Counted from the stretch's first letter, positions 1 through 8,183 are shown. The stretch is 64,000 nt of DNA from Patescibacteria group bacterium (GCA_028868715.1 JAGWUB010000002.1:79605-143604), one strand, 5' to 3'. The notes: generated by a model not told the origin, from the letters alone. A program made the numbers and translations.

Positions 1-290
1 ATATAATCCGGATCGTTAAAAGTTTTAAAAAATTTTTCAAAATCTTTTACTGAGTAATACTTATGAAAAGTCGTTACCATTTTATATTTAGAAAGAATGC
101 GTGCTATTTCAAAAGTACCACAGGTGGCCATGTTTGCAGTCATTATCGGCAGGCCCTTCCATTTTTTGGGAGAATGATAAAAAGTAAAAGACCTCTCTAG
201 TAAGACGTCTTTTCTGGATGTTAGTGTGCTTCTCTTGGGTCTCAAGAGCACATCTCTATAGTCTAATTTCACATCATCCAAGATTCTCAT
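1..290 (-). CDS. guaC: GMP reductase, 5' part (runs off the window edge; not in ORF track)
   Basis: Manual translation MRILDDVKLDYRDVLLRPKRSTLTSRKDV..PIMTANMATCGTF closely matches the GuaC N-terminus. Confidence 0.9.
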   Translation of the reverse strand, partial: MRILDDVKLDYRDVLLRPKRSTLTSRKDVLLERSFTFYHSPKKWKGLPIMTANMATCGTFEIARILSKYKMVTTFHKYYSVKDFEKFFKTFNDPDY

Positions 291-311
291 ATGCATAAAG
301 TATACACTAAT

Positions 312-353
312 AAAAAAAGCGCGCCTAGTGGAAATAAAATCCACTAGACGCGC
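312..353 (-). terminator. Intrinsic terminator after orphan 370..630
   Basis: Stem gcgcg-c-ctagtgga / tccactag-a-cgcgc followed by U7 on the minus strand. Confidence 0.8.
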
Positions 354-369
354 AGGTAATAGTCTCTTC

Positions 370-630
370 TTAAAGAACACCGAATAGGGGGCCCTTGGTG
401 GGCGCCATCTTCTTTTCGCCTTCGTAGGCTTTTTGCGCTCGCTTGTAATCTTCGATAAAGGCCTTGGCGGCCTCCTCGAGGTTGAAGCCGCTTCCGGTAA
501 TACTTCTCCCGAAACGACTCAAAAAAAAGGTGAATTTATTTTTTCCCACCCGGAGCGTAGAGCGGTCTAGGCAATCTGCCTCTTCGGGGATGGTACATCC
601 CTCCTCAGCTTCAGCTTCAAAAATACTCAT
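370..630 (-). CDS. Small orphan protein
   Basis: 86-aa ORF with AAGGAGGT SD upstream and a terminator downstream. Confidence 0.65.
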   Translation of the reverse strand: MSIFEAEAEEGCTIPEEADCLDRSTLRVGKNKFTFFLSRFGRSITGSGFNLEEAAKAFIEDYKRAQKAYEGEKKMAPTKGPLFGVL

Positions 631-686
631 ATTTATTAATACCTCCTTGCGTACAATATCAATTTTTTAAAAAAAAGCAATAGAAG

Positions 687-992
687 CTACTTATTGTATT
701 GGACTCTTACTCCTTCCTTTACGAGCAAAGCTCTTTTGGCTTTTATGCCACCCTTAGCTGAATATCCACCAAGTGTTCCATCACTACGGACGACTCTATG
801 GCAAGGGATAAATGGAGCCATGGGGTTTTTCCCGACAGCATTAGCGACTGCTCGGATGGCACTTGGTTTACCGATACTTTTTGCTAGCTCTTTATAGGTG
901 ACAGTCTTCCCTTTTGGAATTTTTAAAAGCGCGCCCCATACTGTTTTCTGAAACGGTGTTCCTTGTAGTTTTTTAACGTCAATATTTTTCAT
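687..992 (-). CDS. ogt: O6-methylguanine-DNA methyltransferase (MGMT C-terminal domain)
   Basis: TPFQ..VW..L..IP.G...TY, RAVANA and PCHRV active site. Confidence 0.9.
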   Translation of the reverse strand: MKNIDVKKLQGTPFQKTVWGALLKIPKGKTVTYKELAKSIGKPSAIRAVANAVGKNPMAPFIPCHRVVRSDGTLGGYSAKGGIKAKRALLVKEGVRVQYNK

Positions 993-1012
993 CCTATTTG
1001 AAATCCGACAAC

Positions 1013-1327
1013 CTATTTTTGTTTTTTATCAAATCTATCCTTGTCGCGATTTCTTGATTTTTCTATTACCTTATCCATTTCAATGTCTAGATCTATGTTG
1101 TGTTTATTTGCTAGGCAAATCAAAGAGAACATAACGTCCGCTATTTCTTGTCCAAGTTCTTGTTCTGCCTCGCTGACTTTTTTAGGTTTAGAACCGTACA
1201 TATGGTTAAGAAGTCTACCCACCTCTCCTACTTCTTCAACAATCCTGGCAAAGATAGACAACGCAGGCCAATAAGGTTCTTCATAACCCTGAACCCAATC
1301 ATCAATTTCTTGCTGATATTTCTTCAT
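1013..1327 (-). CDS. MazG-like nucleotide pyrophosphohydrolase (YpjD-like)
   Basis: EEVGEV...EIADV motifs. Confidence 0.85.
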   Translation of the reverse strand: MKKYQQEIDDWVQGYEEPYWPALSIFARIVEEVGEVGRLLNHMYGSKPKKVSEAEQELGQEIADVMFSLICLANKHNIDLDIEMDKVIEKSRNRDKDRFDKKQK

Positions 1328-1346
1328 GAAGCAAGTATAGCAAATT

Positions 1347-2402
1347 TTATTTTAGAACAGAATACACACTCGGTGTCTCTAACCCGAGCACCCAAGCGGA
1401 AAAACCTTGGAGTTTATATTGTCGAATAAGGCTAATTTTTGGAGTTACACTTTTTGCGTTTTCGTACCAGAGAGTAAATTTATTTTTATTATATTTGTAT
1501 TTCAAATAAGAAGTTTTATCAGTTGCACTATATCCGGCTGTGGCGTGCTTATTTTTTATTGTATTAGTCACGCCTACATACCCACCTACACTGATGAGTT
1601 TTCCTGAGGTATCATTCCATAGCCAGTAATACAATGGTATTCCTAAAGATATTTTATTTGGAGGAATATATTTTAAACTATATTTTACAATTTTTACCAA
1701 CCACGGATATGGAGAAATGGCACCTTTAGAGTCTGGGTTATCGTAGGACATTATACTTATAAAATCCGCACTCATACCCAGAGCCCCATAATCATACACA
1801 CCAATTATCCTATTCCATAGGTCTCTCGGATAATCAGCTGGATTTGAGGATATTTGCGCTATCACGGCAACGCTGAGAATTAAATTATGTTGCTTCATTG
1901 CAGTATATGTTCTTGCCACAAAAGCTGAATATTTATCTCGATAAGTAGCATCCATTCCCTCAAAATCAAACTGCCAGCCATAATATTTTTGCTGTTGTGC
2001 TTCAGTAATCAGAGCATTTATCGCCAAGTCTTGCTTCGCCGTATCATCTAAAATAGAATTTGCTGTGCTTTTACTAAAACCTTTGTTGGTGACTAAGGGC
2101 ATAACTTTAATATTGTTTGTTTGCGCAAAGGTTAAGATAGCAGGATCAATAGCTCCCACCAGAAGCCCAGTATTATCAATAGAATAGGTCTGTGGTGCTA
2201 GTATATCTATAGACGTTGGATGAGCAAAGAGTGAAGCTCTAGCGTCTGGATTGTCCTTAAAATAGAAAATTTTTGAAATCGGAATTGGCTTTGCGGGGGT
2301 AGTAGATTTTGCTTTTGTCGCTGCTTCTGCACTCGTACCAGTCATGATAGAAAGCACAATAAAAACGAAAACAAACAATTTTATCCATTTAAAGTTTTTC
2401 AT
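1347..2402 (-). CDS. Secreted glycoside hydrolase family 18
   Basis: Signal peptide; GWQFDFE, IMSYD, LGIPLY and GFSAWVLG motifs. Confidence 0.85.
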   Translation of the reverse strand: MKNFKWIKLFVFVFIVLSIMTGTSAEAATKAKSTTPAKPIPISKIFYFKDNPDARASLFAHPTSIDILAPQTYSIDNTGLLVGAIDPAILTFAQTNNIKVMPLVTNKGFSKSTANSILDDTAKQDLAINALITEAQQQKYYGWQFDFEGMDATYRDKYSAFVARTYTAMKQHNLILSVAVIAQISSNPADYPRDLWNRIIGVYDYGALGMSADFISIMSYDNPDSKGAISPYPWLVKIVKYSLKYIPPNKISLGIPLYYWLWNDTSGKLISVGGYVGVTNTIKNKHATAGYSATDKTSYLKYKYNKNKFTLWYENAKSVTPKISLIRQYKLQGFSAWVLGLETPSVYSVLK

Positions 2403-2409
2403 AATTATT

Positions 2410-2754
2410 TTAGAGTCCCCCGAAGTCAGTATTAATACTATTGATTGAGGACTGGATCATACTTTGTGTCCACGTGTAAACTAGCCAGATGGTGACAATA
2501 GTCGAAATTATCAGCAAGGCCCAGGCAATCTGGCCGATACGTTTCGTCTTCGGATCTAGCGATTTGTAGTACTTCATTCCCGGCCATCTCGTCACAAAAA
2601 GAAAGGCTATCATTGGCAGAGCAATACTAAAAGCATATACCCATGCCTGTGTTCTCACACTGGTAGAAAGTGGAGCAGAATTTATTTTAGTACCACAATT
2701 CGGACAAAAATAATATTGTGGCAATATTGGCTGATGACAAACTGAACAGATCAT
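2410..2754 (-). CDS. Zinc-ribbon membrane protein
   Basis: CSVC...CPNCG followed by two TM helices. Confidence 0.7.
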   Translation of the reverse strand: MICSVCHQPILPQYYFCPNCGTKINSAPLSTSVRTQAWVYAFSIALPMIAFLFVTRWPGMKYYKSLDPKTKRIGQIAWALLIISTIVTIWLVYTWTQSMIQSSINSINTDFGGL

Positions 2755-2783
2755 GAACTATATTTTATCACAACCTGCTAGAA

Positions 2784-3623
2784 TCAGCGAATTACCGAAA
2801 GATAAATTGAGTTACAAAGATTTGAATTATTTTGACACACAGTAATCGTGTCGGATCCAATGGCTAGAGCTGAAATTACCAAAGAAGTATTATTGGCTGT
2901 CTGATTATAACCACCAGCATTGCATGGTTGACCCGTTAAATAACTATACATTGAAGTTCCAGTACATCCTGGAACATATGAATTAGGATAATATGGCAAT
3001 CCGACATTGTAATTATAGTTATAGTTGTTGTTATAATTATAATTCATGGCCCCCACACATGGCTGGCCGGTCAAAAAACTATATAATGAAGTTGCCGTAC
3101 ACCCCGGAGCAAATAAAGAATAAGATACGGATGCCACACTAGGATTGGAATTACTAGATACATACATACCCCCCGAACCAAGGTTGGAAGGCGAAATGGT
3201 TATGGAGTCTCCAGTAGAAAGATTGAGATTAGAAATATTCAAACCCAACATATTTGTCGAATTATTGTATCCATATCCATAGTTGTTGTAGTTGTAGTTG
3301 TTATAGTTATTGTAATAACCAGTTACGGTAATGTATAGAGTATTACAGGAATAATTATTATTTTCGCAAATAGTGGCAGTCGTGCTCCCATTACTGTTTC
3401 CGTAAATTAAAATATTGTTACCGTTGATCGAGACTGTGGCTACGGACGGGTTGTAATTATTTGAAATATAAAGATAGGTCGAAACATTATACGCGTATAC
3501 AGTAGTGGATTGCCCAACAGCCAAAGAAACACTGCTCTGGCTCAAATTTGCCGCATGTGCATTACCACTAAAAGCTATAAAAACAAGACACAATATCACA
3601 ATTAACCCTTTGTATATTTTCAT
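2784..3623 (-). CDS. Secreted Ig-like repeat protein with N/Y-rich tracts and two PGC-x10-GQPC-type repeats
   Basis: Signal peptide, two SN.NPSVA repeats, NY low complexity, Cys repeats at 2922..2972 and 3057..3107. Confidence 0.7.
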   Translation of the reverse strand: MKIYKGLIVILCLVFIAFSGNAHAANLSQSSVSLAVGQSTTVYAYNVSTYLYISNNYNPSVATVSINGNNILIYGNSNGSTTATICENNNYSCNTLYITVTGYYNNYNNYNYNNYGYGYNNSTNMLGLNISNLNLSTGDSITISPSNLGSGGMYVSSNSNPSVASVSYSLFAPGCTATSLYSFLTGQPCVGAMNYNYNNNYNYNYNVGLPYYPNSYVPGCTGTSMYSYLTGQPCNAGGYNQTANNTSLVISALAIGSDTITVCQNNSNLCNSIYLSVIR

Positions 3624-3756
3624 ATAAATATGATTAATTTAGTCTAATAATACCGACTACTTTACTATAATAATACATGCCATAAAAATGACAAGCAAAA
3701 GAACATTTTTCGACCTACAATTACCTTGACGTTTTAGCCTAAAGTGCATTACATAC

Positions 3757-3788
3757 AAAAAAACATCCCATGATAAAGGTGTTTTTTT
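3757..3788. terminator. Probable terminator hairpin
   Basis: aaaaaaacatc...ggtgttttttt inverted repeat just after the stop of 3791..4699. Confidence 0.5.
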
Positions 3789-3790
3789 GA

Positions 3791-4699
3791 TTATAGATTA
3801 AATGGATGAAGCGGTTTCGTATTTAAAATATTTTCCGCTTCCTGATACCCCTCACTAAAGTCATAATTCCAGCGAGGAGGAAGAGCAAAAACATAAAGAT
3901 TATTACGCGCTAGTTCACTAGCATTAATTGGCGCAGCTCCAGTATAGAAATCTCCAGCAATGTATGAATTCCATTGTTTTATTGTGAAGATCATTATTGG
4001 TATATCTTCATAATGTTTTTCTGCTGTCCAATTTGGATTTCTTATCAAGAGAGTTGCTCCTGTTGCCACCTTGGTATTTGCTTGGGAAGTTCCATCCCAA
4101 GTACTTTTTACTACTGAGTATCCCTTCCAGTCGTCAGGTAAGGAAAAAGTAAACCCATAATCATTGTTTGTGTATGTGACAGATGATTCATCGATAAATT
4201 TAAAAGTAGAAAAAATCTGATCGGCGCTATCACCCCCTGAAGTTATAGACGTATATGTTCTGATGACGTATACCTTGCCAGAGTGCATGAGCCATATTGC
4301 TTCAAATGAGCCACCGTCATTATATTCAAAACCTGTAGCATTGTTAATCTGAACAGGAGTAAGTGAAACGCTTGTAGATAATTTTTCTTTTACGTCATCT
4401 AGTGAAGTAAGGTCACTCCTCAATCCAACACTAAAGTAAGTGGTCTGTACTTTTTTGGATATTGGATTGATCTCAACGGTATCTCCATTATCTTGCACAG
4501 TCCATGAAGGAGGATATTTTACTTCAAATCCCATTTTTGAACTAGTGTACGTTTTTAGAGTTTCTGTATCACCTTGTTCTGAATAATGTTTAGCTCCAAA
4601 GAAATACTGCCAGTTTCTTTCGAAATAATACCCAATATTGGCAAAAATTATTATTAAAACGATAATTGCAATTATAAAAAAAAATTTAAACTTTTTCAT
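3791..4699 (-). CDS. Membrane-anchored protein with two PsbP/Mog1-like domains
   Basis: N-terminal TM; repeated TYT...GF...P..W motif. Confidence 0.6.
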   Translation of the reverse strand: MKKFKFFFIIAIIVLIIIFANIGYYFERNWQYFFGAKHYSEQGDTETLKTYTSSKMGFEVKYPPSWTVQDNGDTVEINPISKKVQTTYFSVGLRSDLTSLDDVKEKLSTSVSLTPVQINNATGFEYNDGGSFEAIWLMHSGKVYVIRTYTSITSGGDSADQIFSTFKFIDESSVTYTNNDYGFTFSLPDDWKGYSVVKSTWDGTSQANTKVATGATLLIRNPNWTAEKHYEDIPIMIFTIKQWNSYIAGDFYTGAAPINASELARNNLYVFALPPRWNYDFSEGYQEAENILNTKPLHPFNL

Positions 4700-4723
4700 T
4701 TGAACTCAGAATAGCTACTGATA

Positions 4724-4882
4724 TTATTTAAATGCAAAAGAAATCAGAACGATAGTCAAAGCATTGAGAATTACTAATACTATTACATTTTGTAATTTCG
4801 TAGAAAGCGGATGTAAAAGAATATATACAGTGTATATTATTGCCACAATTGCTGCACCGAGAAAGTTTCCTTTTATTATCAT
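4724..4882 (-). CDS. Small 52-aa two-TM membrane protein (not in ORF track)
   Basis: MIIKGNFLGAAIVAIIYTVYILLHPLSTKLQNVIVLVILNALTIVLISFAFK; TATAAT lies 6 nt before the ATG. Confidence 0.5.
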   Translation of the reverse strand: MIIKGNFLGAAIVAIIYTVYILLHPLSTKLQNVIVLVILNALTIVLISFAFK

Positions 4883-4979
4883 AACTTTATTATACTATAA
4901 TATATGTCAAAAAGTACTAAACCTGACGAAGGGCTGGCCGTGTGGCGCGAAGTCGGAACTAATTTAACAGCTTAAATTA

Positions 4980-5627
4980 CTAGACCGTAATTCGCTTATG
5001 AATAATTTCTGAGCCCTTTGACTTTCGAGGGAAACTTCCTTTTTCATCCACAAAAGAAAGTTCTTTATCAGGATGGTTGGTCTTTTTAGGGAAAAGTACT
5101 GTAATTTTTTTAATGTCAGTGTATGGTGCTACCTTCAATTTTTCTCCCTCAATCTCCGAAGTAGAACGGCCCGAGCGTACCTGCTTAGTTGGGCTTTCCT
5201 CTATAAGCTTACTCATAGCCTCAGCAGCTATTTGCCAGTAAGTACAGACGGCAATTAAGTGTTCAGCAGGAGTTCCTTCATGGTATTCCTCAAGATGCTC
5301 AAGCAACTCTTCTGTAAACTCCCATAGGGTGTCCCATATTTGCGATCCTTCTGAATAATCTATTTTTGTTGATTCTTGTAGCATTAACATAAATGCTAAA
5401 TTCAATAAAGGAACATTATTTTCAGCATGATGGGCAAATACTTCTAACCAATTACCTTCGAGTTTTCCATACAAGTTAGGATAATCTTTGTATTTCTCTT
5501 TTTTCTTTTCTTCCCATTCGGCATCAAATTTTTCACTAGCAATCTGTTCTTTTTCGTCTTCTTTTTGGCGATAAATTTTCCAAAGATAGTAAGCTATTAT
5601 TCCAAGTATTATATAAAGTAAAGTCAT
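4980..5627 (-). CDS. Hypothetical protein with N-terminal TM anchor (island cargo)
   Basis: 215-aa ORF, hydrophobic N-terminus, no recognised family. Confidence 0.65.
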   Translation of the reverse strand: MTLLYIILGIIAYYLWKIYRQKEDEKEQIASEKFDAEWEEKKKEKYKDYPNLYGKLEGNWLEVFAHHAENNVPLLNLAFMLMLQESTKIDYSEGSQIWDTLWEFTEELLEHLEEYHEGTPAEHLIAVCTYWQIAAEAMSKLIEESPTKQVRSGRSTSEIEGEKLKVAPYTDIKKITVLFPKKTNHPDKELSFVDEKGSFPRKSKGSEIIHKRITV

Positions 5628-5641
5628 ATATTTTTATTGTA

Positions 5642-6034
5642 TCATTCCTTATTTAATTCCCAAAGTTTCCAATAAACATCTTGAAAGTTTGGTAGTAGTG
5701 TTGGTATTTTATTTAATTTTTTATAGATATTTTCCTGTATTTCAAAAGCATCATTCCATGCATATTTTTCGTCAAAAATTTTACCATCACGACCTAAATA
5801 CTGAGAAAAGAGATGTGTTTCAATATTAGTTTCTGGGATAATAACTATTACACTATCAACCCAAAAATAGGTTGTATCATCATGTTCACCATTTGTATAG
5901 CTTTCTATTCTTAATGGTTCATCACGAAGTTTAATTTTTACTTTTGCCTTTAAATATTGTAGAAAATAATTAAGTTTATTTTCGTAATTTAAGACTTCTT
6001 CTTTTGCTGGTTTTTCTTTAAAGAATATTTTCAT
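5642..6034 (-). CDS. Hypothetical protein (island cargo)
   Basis: 130-aa ORF in the same direction as its neighbours. Confidence 0.6.
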   Translation of the reverse strand: MKIFFKEKPAKEEVLNYENKLNYFLQYLKAKVKIKLRDEPLRIESYTNGEHDDTTYFWVDSVIVIIPETNIETHLFSQYLGRDGKIFDEKYAWNDAFEIQENIYKKLNKIPTLLPNFQDVYWKLWELNKE

Positions 6035-6052
6035 GATTTTATTTATATTATT

Positions 6053-7243
6053 TTAAACTCGTTCTTTTTCAATTGTTTTCAAAAACTCATCATATCTTGT
6101 TTTTGTATCGTCAATAATATTTGAGTAGTAAAGAACACTAAAACTGCCTGAACGATATCTCAACCTTTGTTTTAAATCAGCACTAACACTTTTACCAACT
6201 AAATATGCACTAAATGTGCTAAATTTAAAATGCTTTTCTGCAATAGCTATATAAGTTTCAAGTTGGTTTAAATCATCGGTCGTTAATTCATGAGATGGTC
6301 TTTTTAATTCAAGTATTACAAGCCTTTCTCCGACAGTTCCACAAACGAAGTCAGGTCTTTTCTTTCCATGTAATTTTTTGTTGTGTTTTTCTAATTGGTC
6401 GCCAATTGTTTTTCTAAGAGTAGCGTTAGAGTGTAATAGCCAATACCGTTCATCAATAAGCCACATAGCCCTTTCAAGAATTCTATGTATTGAGTTATCG
6501 CCTTTTATTTCCAAAGTTCTTGGGTCGTTAATTCTTTCCTCAAAAAGGTTAATAGTTTCTAGCCGAGTTCTAACCTGTTGAGCTACATTTGTAATAACAT
6601 TTAAGTTCCACCCTTTTAATAGTAAATCTAAGTCTTCAAGGGCACGTTGGGGTTGAGAAGGAAGTTTTTTAATCACAGATAAAAATGCCTCTCTAAAGCC
6701 TGCATTTGCATTGGTAACTACATCACTGATTTGTCCTAGAGTTTCTGTAAGACTATCAAAATCTTCAGCTGAAAGTTTTTTGGAATCTATGTGGGTAACT
6801 ATTTCCTTAAGTAATTCTGGATGACTAATAACTAAGTTGTTGATCTCTTTCTTTTTTTCGGCAGAACTAATTCCTTTTTTAGAAATGTTTTTAATAATTT
6901 TTTCAGCAGATTTCCAGCCAAGTATTGGGGTTAGTTTTTCGTCAATTATATTTTTTACAGTTTCCCATTGGCCTGGTTTAGTAATGTGAAAAGTTGCTCT
7001 TCCCCCTGGCCACCATTTTGAAAGGGTAATTCTTTTTTGAACTTCTCCGTATTCAGGATTGGTAGTTGTGATTTGAACACTAGTTTGTCTATTTACAACC
7101 GACTTAGCTAAGACCCAATCGGGCTCAAAACGAGAACTTTTACATTTTTCGCAGTCAGTATTTCTAAGGTTATTTTCCAGTCCACAACGACTGCATATTT
7201 TTACTTTATTTTCCAGTTTAGTTTTTAATGGTTTTTTAGGCAT
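6053..7243 (-). CDS. Zn-ribbon plus C-terminal PD-(D/E)XK nuclease, putative defence protein
   Basis: CSRC-x10-CEKC; H..LE...WL, RPDF..ILELKRP and Q..Y motifs. Confidence 0.7.
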   Translation of the reverse strand: MPKKPLKTKLENKVKICSRCGLENNLRNTDCEKCKSSRFEPDWVLAKSVVNRQTSVQITTTNPEYGEVQKRITLSKWWPGGRATFHITKPGQWETVKNIIDEKLTPILGWKSAEKIIKNISKKGISSAEKKKEINNLVISHPELLKEIVTHIDSKKLSAEDFDSLTETLGQISDVVTNANAGFREAFLSVIKKLPSQPQRALEDLDLLLKGWNLNVITNVAQQVRTRLETINLFEERINDPRTLEIKGDNSIHRILERAMWLIDERYWLLHSNATLRKTIGDQLEKHNKKLHGKKRPDFVCGTVGERLVILELKRPSHELTTDDLNQLETYIAIAEKHFKFSTFSAYLVGKSVSADLKQRLRYRSGSFSVLYYSNIIDDTKTRYDEFLKTIEKERV

Positions 7244-7301
7244 ATTAAACTTTATCGTACAACTTTTACTATAAAAATCAATATTTTACATAAGTTAGGA
7301 A

Positions 7302-7541
7302 TCAATTAAATAGCCTTAATTTTTTCTCTCTTCTCCAACCTTTTATTTCTGCCTCTCTTCTTCTAGCTTCTTTTAATGTTGTAAATTTTTCAGAATATTT
7401 TAAAGTTACCGGTCGACGTATTTTAGTATAGTGTGCGCCGTCTTTATAATTATTGTGCTGCTGCAATCTTCTTTCAAGATTATTGGTGCAACCGACATAT
7501 AAAGACTTATCGACGCATTCTAGGATGTAAGTGAAATACAT
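7302..7541 (-). CDS. Small GIY-YIG nuclease (UPF0213/YazA-like)
   Basis: YIL..SLYVG.TNNLERRL.QHN..GA.YT..RRP; A.RRE..IK. Confidence 0.9.
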   Translation of the reverse strand: MYFTYILECVDKSLYVGCTNNLERRLQQHNNYKDGAHYTKIRRPVTLKYSEKFTTLKEARRREAEIKGWRREKKLRLFN

Positions 7542-7552
7542 ATATAATATCT

Positions 7553-7631
7553 TCCCTCACATACGTTCGGGACCTTCGTCCCAGATTTATGATCCGCTGT
7601 CGCAGACCCTGAGGAACAAAGTGACGAAGGG
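7553..7631. repeat. REP-like palindrome pair upstream of the GIY-YIG gene
   Basis: ccctgag..gacgaaggg (7607..7631) and tccctcac..tcggga (7553..7572); ccttcgtc/gacgaagg inverted repeat. Confidence 0.5.
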
Positions 7632-7763
7632 CTGGGAGACTAGGACCGTGAGTACACTTATCGGTCATTACATGACCAGTATACCTTTTCAATCTCGCAT
7701 ACGAGATAATGAAAAGCTTTTCGCTTCCTAGTCACAAGCAAAGCAGTTTGCTCGTTTCTCCCA
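7632..7763 (-). ncRNA. Candidate tRNA-like structured RNA or tRNA-end mini-element
   Basis: TGGGAGA...TCTCCCA-G acceptor stem identical to tRNA-Gln; CTAGG/CCTAG T-stem enclosing two long hairpins. Confidence 0.45.
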
Positions 7764-7789
7764 TCAAAAAATCGCTGCACTCTTTTTTG

Positions 7790-7860
7790 CTGGGAGACTA
7801 GGAATCGAACCTAGATTAAAGGCTTCAAAGGCCTCTGTCCTACCGTTAGACGATCTCCCA
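7790..7860 (-). tRNA. tRNA-Gln(TTG)
   Basis: TGGGAGA..GAGGC-CTTTGAA-GCCTT..CTAGG-TTCGATT-CCTAG-TCTCCCA-G cloverleaf; no encoded CCA. Confidence 0.95.
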
Positions 7861-7928
7861 ATAGACTAAAACACTTTAATTTATAACATAAATTGTCCTA
7901 AAAATCTATATTTGTTAGAATAAATACT

Positions 7929-8183
7929 ATGGTTAAAAACAAAATCTCCACTGGTGTGGTGCATAAAATACCATTAGATTTAGAAAAGGCTCTCATCTCT
8001 AACCCAAAGGCGTTGGCATTATGGGAAGATATTACACCGCTGGCTCGCAATGAATGGATCTGTTGGGTTACCTCCGGTAAAAAAGCGGATACGAGAAATA
8101 TTCGTATCGCAAAAACACTTTCAAAACTCAAGGGCGGAATGCGCCGACCTTGTTGTTGGGCTGGGTGCACTCATCGTAGTTAA
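7929..8183 (+). CDS. YdeI/OmpD-associated family protein
   Basis: P.DL..AL...W..ITP.AR.EWI.WV...KK..TR..RI. Confidence 0.8.
   Translation: MVKNKISTGVVHKIPLDLEKALISNPKALALWEDITPLARNEWICWVTSGKKADTRNIRIAKTLSKLKGGMRRPCCWAGCTHRS

Larger units (their letters stand above)
4924..7803. mobile_element. Integrase-less genomic island at the tRNA-Gln 3' end
   Basis: 14-bp direct repeat tgacgaagggctgg (4924..4937, 7622..7635) and 15-bp tRNA-end repeat gctgggagactagga (7631..7645, 7789..7803); AT-rich nuclease cargo. Confidence 0.65.

Noticed and set aside
3001-3320. gttgta/gttata short tandem repeats as a possible CRISPR or VNTR
   Set aside because: They encode the N/Y low-complexity tracts; no repeat-spacer periodicity and no cas genes
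7507-7731. ORFs 7507..7692 and 7531..7731
   Set aside because: They run across the REP-like hairpins and the tRNA-end element and are better explained as non-coding structure
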